Positions 57,634-64,000 of a stretch of 64,000 bases of DNA are shown here, piece after piece. How positions within the stretch are numbered: position 1 is the stretch's first letter; each line of letters opens with the position of its first letter. Location of the stretch: assembly GCA_029887795.1 (NCBI GenBank), contig JARXPE010000002.1, forward strand, positions 8,904 through 72,903, read 5' to 3'. The notes under the pieces are model-generated. The model did no database searches and had not been told where the DNA came from. It worked only from the letters and a program-made list of their open reading frames with translations. This DNA comes from Thermoproteota archaeon. Lineage in GTDB: Archaea; Thermoproteota; Methanomethylicia; Methanomethylicales; Methanomethylicaceae. Position numbers and translations under genes: made by a program.

Positions 57634-59549
57634 ACTCTCGGTATCTCCATCTTTCTTCCCACGAAAGCCTTAAAGATGTCGGTCCCGCTTATGAGACCTA
57701 TTAGTTGCCCATCTCCATTTCTCACAGCCAGCCTCCAAACGTTCCACCTTCTCATGAGGGCTGCTGCCTTCGAGACGTCCTCGCTTGCCTCAACCGTGAG
57801 CAAGGGTGCCGACATTATGGTGCTCAACGAGACGTCCTTCCCCAAACTCCCCAAGGAGATCACTTTGTAAAGTATGTCCCTCATAGTTACGATCCCTATG
57901 GGAACGTCCCCATCCGTTATAATTAGGCTCCCAACGTTCGACTCTTTCATGTATTTTGCCGCCTCGTAGGCAGAGACTCTTCTGTCGATGGTCTTCACGT
58001 CTGGAATCATCAGATCCTTTACCTTCACCTGCGATATTAGCCTGTTCAAGATCTTTCCGCTTGGAGTTCTCGGTAAACTGCTGACGAACTCGTAGATCCT
58101 TGGAACTTTGAATGCCGCCAAGTTGTTTCTGCAGTACTCGTCCAGCTCCTTATCGGAAGCAGTCATGCCATCTTTTAACACTATGAACGCCTTGACGCTC
58201 TCGCCCCTGACTGGATCTGGTATTCCCACGACGGCAACCTCCTTGACCTTGGGATGGGCGTGGAGCACCTCCTCGACCTCCCGCGGGAAGATCTTAAAAC
58301 CTCCAGAGATTATCATCTCCTTCTTCCTGCCCACTATGTGCAGGTACCCCTCCTCGTCGATCTTTCCTAGGTCCCCGGTGTGGAACCATCCTTTTCTGAA
58401 TGCCTCCTCAGTCTCTTGGGGTCTGTTCCAGTAACCCTTCATCACATTTGGTCCCCTGACAACGATCTCGCCCACCTCGTTGACCGGGAGCTCGTTGTCG
58501 TCATCGTCCACTATCCTGACTTCTACGCCTGGGATCGGCAATCCTACCGACCCTGGCTTTCTCTTACCTCTGAGCGGGTTCGATGCTATCACCACGGCAG
58601 TCTCTGTCATCCCATAACGCTCCAGAAGCTCGAACCCATACTTCTCCTTGAACTTTTCCATAGCATCCACTGGCATGGGGGCAGATCCCACGGTCCAAAG
58701 CCTCATGCTCGAGAGATCGTATTTGTGGTCCTCCATTTCAAGCAACTTTATGTACATTGTGGGTACACCCATAAACACGGTGCACCTGTGCCTCTCTATA
58801 CCCTCTAACACCTTCCTTGCGTCGAACCGCTCCAGCAGGATCATGGTGTACCCACAGTAAACCATCCCATGCACCGCGATTCCGAGCCCATGGACGTGGA
58901 ACATTGGCAAAGCCATCATTAGCCTATCGTTGTCACTCAGTTCCCAGAGTTTGGAGATGGTTGCGATATTTGAGATGAAGTTAGAGTGTGTGATCATCGC
59001 ACCCTTGGCGCTGCCCGTCGTCCCTGAGGTGTAGCATATCACTGCTAGATCCTCATCATTATTGGCAACGTTTGTCGGTGTATCGCTAGACCCTTCCAAA
59101 AGTCTGTAAAAAGAGAGACACCCTTCAGGTACGTTGAAAGAAGTCACTACGATCTGTTTCAAAGACTTGAGGGTGTTTTTCACCTCAAGGACGTGGGGTA
59201 GGTTGCTCTCTGATGTTACCACGATACTTGCGCCAGAATCGTTGACCATGTGCACAAGCTCATGCCTTCGGTACATGACGTTGAGAGGGACGGTGATGCC
59301 ACCCGCCTTGATAATCCCGAAGTGAGAGATGACGAACTCTGGTGAGTTTTGCATGAATATGCAGGCCCTGTCCCCCTTAGACAATCCCATTTCAAGGAGG
59401 GCATTGGCGAACTTGTTGCTCATGGAGTCTAAATCCTTGAATGAGTAATCCTTCTCGTTCCAAACTATGGCAGTTTTGTCTCCAAACTCTTCGGCACTTT
59501 TTGAGAGTATTTTATCTAATGGCATTTTAAGTCGTTCAAGATCCAACAT
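57630..59549 (-). CDS. Acyl-CoA synthetase (MatB/malonyl-CoA synthetase-like) fused to a C-terminal CBS pair
   Basis: YTSGTTG..KG, LPMFHVHGL, ERYGMTE, TGD and SGK; then V.DLM...GIVT.RD...IM...GLIS..D CBS domains. Confidence 0.9.
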   Translation of the reverse strand: MLDLERLKMPLDKILSKSAEEFGDKTAIVWNEKDYSFKDLDSMSNKFANALLEMGLSKGDRACIFMQNSPEFVISHFGIIKAGGITVPLNVMYRRHELVHMVNDSGASIVVTSESNLPHVLEVKNTLKSLKQIVVTSFNVPEGCLSFYRLLEGSSDTPTNVANNDEDLAVICYTSGTTGSAKGAMITHSNFISNIATISKLWELSDNDRLMMALPMFHVHGLGIAVHGMVYCGYTMILLERFDARKVLEGIERHRCTVFMGVPTMYIKLLEMEDHKYDLSSMRLWTVGSAPMPVDAMEKFKEKYGFELLERYGMTETAVVIASNPLRGKRKPGSVGLPIPGVEVRIVDDDDNELPVNEVGEIVVRGPNVMKGYWNRPQETEEAFRKGWFHTGDLGKIDEEGYLHIVGRKKEMIISGGFKIFPREVEEVLHAHPKVKEVAVVGIPDPVRGESVKAFIVLKDGMTASDKELDEYCRNNLAAFKVPRIYEFVSSLPRTPSGKILNRLISQVKVKDLMIPDVKTIDRRVSAYEAAKYMKESNVGSLIITDGDVPIGIVTMRDILYKVISLGSLGKDVSLSTIMSAPLLTVEASEDVSKAAALMRRWNVWRLAVRNGDGQLIGLISGTDIFKAFVGRKMEIPRV

Positions 59550-59614
59550 AAATATTTATAAGCGTTGTTAATAATTATAATTATCTCATTATAAATTCAA
59601 GGTGGCAACAATAT

Positions 59615-60523
59615 TTGTCCTCCCTGACATCACCCCAGAAGGAGATTATGGTCGCCCTTATAGAGTTGTATGAAAAAAAGAAATCCCTCGTAAAGAGCAA
59701 GGATATAGCTGTCAAGACCGGAAGGGATGAGGGGACCATAAGGAACATAATGCCGGTTCTGAGGGCGCTGGGGCTCGTCGAGGCGGTACCAGGCCCGGAG
59801 GGGGGTTACATGCCCACCAGCAAGGCGTATGAGAGCTTCAGCATACCAAAGCAGTTTCGAACCCTGACGGTTCCCATCTATCGGAGGAATGGAGAAAATA
59901 CCGGAGTTACGGTGACCGACATCATCTTCAAGAGTGTGTACAGTCCAGACTTCTGCCAAGTACTACTAAAGGTTGTGGGAGACGTCTCGAAGCTTGACGT
60001 TGGTGAGGAGCTCGTGATCGGTCCGACACCATCCGGGAGGATGGTCATAGAGGGTAAGATGGTGGGCAGAGACGAGATCCACGGGGAAATATTGTTGGAG
60101 GTTATAAATATCGTCAGTATACCGAAAGAGAAAGTGAGAAACCTAATGTCTAAGAGACTCGTATCCATCCCCCCGAACATCCCGATTAAGGAAGCAGCCG
60201 GAATCCTGTACAGGGAGTTCATAAGAGCTGCGCCTGTGATCAACGGTTCCTCATTGGTTGGCATAATAACCGGGTCTGATGTAGCGAGGTGCGCCAGTGA
60301 GGATAAACTTCACCTGACCGTGGGGGAGGCCACAAGCCGAAGACCAGTCACCATTGGTATGGACGAGGACATTCTGGAGGCGATGAACAGGATGCGCAGA
60401 TCCAGTATTGGGCGGCTTGTTGTTGTAGACGAACAGAACAAACCCGTGGGAATAATAACTAGAACGGACCTCTTGTCCCGAATGTTGAAGCCATTTGAGA
60501 TGTTAGAGACTGTTCAGAAGTGA
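59615..60523 (+). CDS. HTH + CBS-domain transcription regulator
   Basis: LT..QKEI...L..LY...V.S..IA.....GTIRN.M..L..LGLV...PGP.GGY.PT wHTH, a central beta domain and two CBS domains. Confidence 0.88.
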   Translation: MSSLTSPQKEIMVALIELYEKKKSLVKSKDIAVKTGRDEGTIRNIMPVLRALGLVEAVPGPEGGYMPTSKAYESFSIPKQFRTLTVPIYRRNGENTGVTVTDIIFKSVYSPDFCQVLLKVVGDVSKLDVGEELVIGPTPSGRMVIEGKMVGRDEIHGEILLEVINIVSIPKEKVRNLMSKRLVSIPPNIPIKEAAGILYREFIRAAPVINGSSLVGIITGSDVARCASEDKLHLTVGEATSRRPVTIGMDEDILEAMNRMRRSSIGRLVVVDEQNKPVGIITRTDLLSRMLKPFEMLETVQK

Positions 60524-60524
60524 G

Positions 60525-61745
60525 TTAGGCACCGGTTGACAGTACCTTAGAGACCGCTTTTAGATCTGGCGGTATTTCCACAGGTCTGCCGCATACCTTG
60601 ATTACCTCTTCCGGATCCTTTAGCAAGTGCCCTGTGCAGATGCATACAACTTCATCAGTGTTCCCCAACATGCCCTTGGACACAGCCTTCCTTACCCCGG
60701 CAACAGATGCGGCACTCGCAGGCTCGACGCCTATCCCCTCCAACGCGGCTATCACACGCTGAGCCTCCACAATCTCATCATCAGACACAGATTCGTAAAG
60801 TCCTTTTGACTGCTTTATCGCCATAACTGCCTTCGGCCAATTCACAGGGTTGCCGATCCTTATGGCGGTTGCCAATGTCTCAGGGTGTGGTAATGGGACC
60901 AAAGTTTCTAGGTTCTTTCTGAGCATGTTGACCACTGGTGCAGCCCCTTCTGCCTGAACTCCGAACATCTTAGGCAGTTTGTCGATAATGCCCGCGCTTT
61001 TGAACTCTCTAAAACCCTTCCATATGGCTGAGATGTTCCCGCAATTTCCCATAGGAACCGATACAAATTCTGGGACGTGCCCAAGCTGGTCAACTACCTC
61101 GAAAGCCAAGGTCTTCTGACCCTCGAGCCTCCAAGGATTCACGCTGTTCAAAAGGTATATTTCCATCTTGACGGAGAGGTCCATGACCAATTTCAGGGCA
61201 TCATCGAAGTTCCCCTTGACGGAGATCACCCTAGCACCGTGCATCAATGCCTGTGCAAGCTTTCCCATGGCGACCTTTTCTGCCGGCAGAAGCACATAAC
61301 ACGTCAGACCAGCCTTTGCCGCATAGGCGGATAGTGATGCCGATGTGTTTCCCGTTGAGGCGCAGGCCACCGCTTTTGAGCCAAGACTCTTGGCTTTCGT
61401 TACGCCCAAAGTCATCCCGCGGTCCTTGAAGCTCCCTGTGGGATTTGCGCCCTCATACTTAATATAGAGTTCCCTTACGCCAGCCCACCTGGCCAGTCGC
61501 TCACACCTGTAGAGTGGAGTGCCACCCTCCCTGAGTGTTATGATCTCCGAGCCCTCTTCAACTGGTAGAAACTCCTCATAGCGCCATACTCCAATAGGCC
61601 TCTTGGCCATCTCAACGAGCGAGATCTTAGGGGGCTCGATAACAACCTCCAAGAGCGAGCCGCAACTTCCACATACGTAAATTATTTCATCACTTCCGAA
61701 CTCCTTCCCACAGCTTATGCACCTTAGCTTAGACTTAGGAAACAA
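60525..61745 (-). CDS. thrC: Threonine synthase
   Basis: N-terminal Zn ribbon, EG.TPL, NPTGSFKDRG (PLP Lys), ASTGNTSAS, GN.GN and EPASA. Confidence 0.95.
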   Translation of the reverse strand: MFPKSKLRCISCGKEFGSDEIIYVCGSCGSLLEVVIEPPKISLVEMAKRPIGVWRYEEFLPVEEGSEIITLREGGTPLYRCERLARWAGVRELYIKYEGANPTGSFKDRGMTLGVTKAKSLGSKAVACASTGNTSASLSAYAAKAGLTCYVLLPAEKVAMGKLAQALMHGARVISVKGNFDDALKLVMDLSVKMEIYLLNSVNPWRLEGQKTLAFEVVDQLGHVPEFVSVPMGNCGNISAIWKGFREFKSAGIIDKLPKMFGVQAEGAAPVVNMLRKNLETLVPLPHPETLATAIRIGNPVNWPKAVMAIKQSKGLYESVSDDEIVEAQRVIAALEGIGVEPASAASVAGVRKAVSKGMLGNTDEVVCICTGHLLKDPEEVIKVCGRPVEIPPDLKAVSKVLSTGA

Positions 61746-62706
61746 CTTTTACACCCTCTTCCGCATTCAAATGCACAGAACAGCTGGACCTAATTCCTTC
61801 CTCCTCGAGAATTGACTTTAGGTTCGCGCCCAATTGCTTTCCCATGTTGTTAGAGCAGAGTGCGAAAACGGAGGGCCCAGCCCCACTTATGGAAAAGCCA
61901 TACGCCCCAGCCTCCAAGGCACGACGTTTCAAGTCCTCGAACTTGGGTATCAATTTTGCTCTGGCACGTTCAATGATCACATCGCCAGATATACCTTCCC
62001 CCATCAATACAACGTCTCCCTTCATTAGACCCACCAGCAGTTTTCCAAATGCCTGTGTTTGCAAAACAATATCCTGTAGGGGTACGCTTGCGGGAAGAAT
62101 CTGCCTTGCAATTTTTGTCTTCTCCTCTCCAATCTCTACTTCGGGGGTTATTACAACTATCTCCAGATTCTTAAGGGCATCAAAGCGGACAACTTTGATT
62201 GGCTTAAATGAGGATATGAATACGACCCCTCCAAAGAGTGCAGGTGCTACATTATCTGCGTGTGGAGATCCGCATGCTGCCCTTTCACCCTCCATGGCGC
62301 ACTGGAGAAGATCTTCACCCCTCAATGGCATGCCCAGCAAAAGATTGACAGAATACGCTCCGGCGGCAGATGATGCGCCAGAGCTCCCGAGCCCGCTTTT
62401 GGGGGGGACGCCCTTTATAATTTTCATTTTCAGGTAGAGGTCGTCCCTTCCGACTTTTTCCAAAACTGCTCTTCCTGCCACGGCTGCAGAATTTTTCTTC
62501 GGATCACATGAGATGGCTTCGGACCCTACGCCTTCAATCGCAACTAAATCTCCGCCTTCCTTTTCCAGTGATACCTCCACAATGTCTCTAGGTTCGTTCA
62601 AAGCCATCCCAATAATGTCATACCCTGGTCCCAAGTTGGCTATGGTGGCAGGGGCTGAGACTCTGACAGATGATCTAGTGTATGTCTTTGCAAAGGATGA
62701 AGCCAT
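61735..62706 (-). CDS. thrB: Homoserine kinase
   Basis: APAT.ANLGPG.D, P..SGLGSS, HADN.AP and SGAGP. Confidence 0.95.
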   Translation of the reverse strand: MASSFAKTYTRSSVRVSAPATIANLGPGYDIIGMALNEPRDIVEVSLEKEGGDLVAIEGVGSEAISCDPKKNSAAVAGRAVLEKVGRDDLYLKMKIIKGVPPKSGLGSSGASSAAGAYSVNLLLGMPLRGEDLLQCAMEGERAACGSPHADNVAPALFGGVVFISSFKPIKVVRFDALKNLEIVVITPEVEIGEEKTKIARQILPASVPLQDIVLQTQAFGKLLVGLMKGDVVLMGEGISGDVIIERARAKLIPKFEDLKRRALEAGAYGFSISGAGPSVFALCSNNMGKQLGANLKSILEEEGIRSSCSVHLNAEEGVKVVS

Positions 62707-62918
62707 TCAGTATCACTCTTTTAAGGTATGCATTAAAGCGAATACTAATATTTTGCTACACCTGTTCAGAGGACTTTGAGCTTATTGATTCGGCAAAAAG
62801 AAGAGGCTAAAAATGCGACTTATTTAAATCAAGGCGCATATCACATGAAAATTAAGGATTCCCACATTATGAATAGATTTAAATCTATCCCGAAAGCACC
62901 TTTAAGAAGGTGCGTAGC

Positions 62919-64000
62919 TTGGAGAAGCCCGACTTTAAATTCTTCAAACAGAAGTCCACGGAAATCTCGCTAACGCCTGAGATATTGAAGGAGAGAAAAT
63001 CAGTATTGCGCGACCCAGTCGTGCAGATAGACCTCGAAAAAGTAAGGACTATCAAAGAACTAGTGGAGGCATGGAAAGACGGGGGCATACAATCTCGAAG
63101 TCTGGCAGAATGCGCCATCGTGTATGAGAACATGTTGCTTGACAAGGATCGCCCAACAATATTCCTGGGACTCTCTGGCGCACTTATAGCGGGGGGTCTG
63201 CGCAAGGTAATAAGCGACATGATCTCTAAAGGTATCGTGGACGTCGTAGTCTCCACGGGGGCAATATTATATCAGGACTACTATGCTGCCCACGGCTATA
63301 AGCACTACAAGGGCTCCCCCGAGACCGATGATGAAAAGCTGCATGATCTTTACATCGACAGGATATACGATGCATACGTCGACGAGATAGGTTTCGTTCA
63401 TTGCGATGACAAGATCTCAGAGTTCTGCTCCACGCTCGAACCAAGAAAGTACTCGACGCGGGAGTTTCTAAACCTTCTTGGATCGACCCTTAACGACAAC
63501 AGCTCTATACTCTTCAACGCCTATCGCTATGGGGTCCCCATATTCTGCCCAGCCATCGCAGACAGTTCGATAGGGATAGGTCTCGCAGGGTACTTCAGGT
63601 GGGCCAAGGAGCAAGGGCTCCAGACATTCACCCTCGATGTGATGAAGGACAATTTTGAGATCGCGCAGATCGTACTAAAATCGAAGAAAACGGGCTCGAT
63701 ATACATAGGAGGGGGCGTTCCGAAGAATTACATTAACGATGCAGCCGTCATGTTAGACTACACCAAAGGGCACGCCTACTCCTTCCAGATAACCACGGAC
63801 TCTCCACACTGGGGAGGGTTGACGGGGAGTACGCTGGACGAGGCAAAATCCTGGGGAAAGATCTCAAAGCACGCGACAAGGGCCACGGTCTATGCAGAGG
63901 CGACCATCGCACTCCCATTAATAGTGGGATACATACTTCAAAAGGGGATCCATAACGGTCGAAAGAGATTAAAGATGACATGGTCAAGGGAAGGGGACCT
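62919..64000 (+). CDS. dhs: Deoxyhypusine synthase family protein, running off the window end; not in the ORF track
   Basis: The frame from TTG 62919 gives FLGLSGALIAGGLR, STG, DRIYD, PAIADSSIG, GGGVPKN and GGLTGSTLDEAKSWGK (active-site Lys); no stop before 64000. Confidence 0.92.
   Translation, partial: MEKPDFKFFKQKSTEISLTPEILKERKSVLRDPVVQIDLEKVRTIKELVEAWKDGGIQSRSLAECAIVYENMLLDKDRPTIFLGLSGALIAGGLRKVISDMISKGIVDVVVSTGAILYQDYYAAHGYKHYKGSPETDDEKLHDLYIDRIYDAYVDEIGFVHCDDKISEFCSTLEPRKYSTREFLNLLGSTLNDNSSILFNAYRYGVPIFCPAIADSSIGIGLAGYFRWAKEQGLQTFTLDVMKDNFEIAQIVLKSKKTGSIYIGGGVPKNYINDAAVMLDYTKGHAYSFQITTDSPHWGGLTGSTLDEAKSWGKISKHATRATVYAEATIALPLIVGYILQKGIHNGRKRLKMTWSREGD

Noticed and set aside
62776..62973. 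65-aa ORF upstream of dhs
   Set aside because: Spans the divergent promoter and overlaps the dhs start in another frame; no motifs.
1..64000. tRNA, rRNA, CRISPR array, transposase or integrase
   Set aside because: I saw no cloverleaf/T-loop context (the GTTCGAA hits are operator-like sites), no regularly spaced direct repeats and no mobile-element ORFs. This is a by-eye check, not a tRNAscan/Infernal run.

Overview
A gene-dense archaeal chromosomal window, most likely Thermoproteota/TACK and possibly Methanomethylicia-like. The taxonomy is inferred from Alba, the LysW-dependent lysXYZJK pathway with lysM, a RAM-domain homocitrate synthase, a PAC2/Pba chaperone, a GPN GTPase, a Clp1/Nol9 kinase, deoxyhypusine synthase, BRE-TATA promoters and many TTG/GTG starts. 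About 65 CDS are called. They cover housekeeping and metabolism (thyX, trkAH, mtnP, tenA, thrBC, lys cluster), protein quality control (stomatin-NfeD-Pba-Hsp20, HtpX-like, YhfC-like) and several accessory modules. No tRNA, rRNA, CRISPR array or transposase was recognised. Main points of interest: (1) a stand-alone 1002-aa HerA/DUF87 ATPase fused to a long coiled coil and a 13-repeat, 46-Cys metal-binding array; (2) a four-gene surface operon with a PKD/B-repeat adhesin and pilin-like proteins; (3) a CooS with a Cys->Glu C-cluster change and His->Tyr at the catalytic base, next to an unannotated zinc-ribbon micro-ORF; (4) a MatB-like acyl-CoA ligase fused to CBS domains, divergent from an HTH-CBS regulator and near two SSS transporters and an N-terminally interrupted PaaK; (5) matching LysM-like operator/TATA architecture at hcs and lysX, 27 kb apart. 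All family calls come from motif recognition by eye; no database searches were run.
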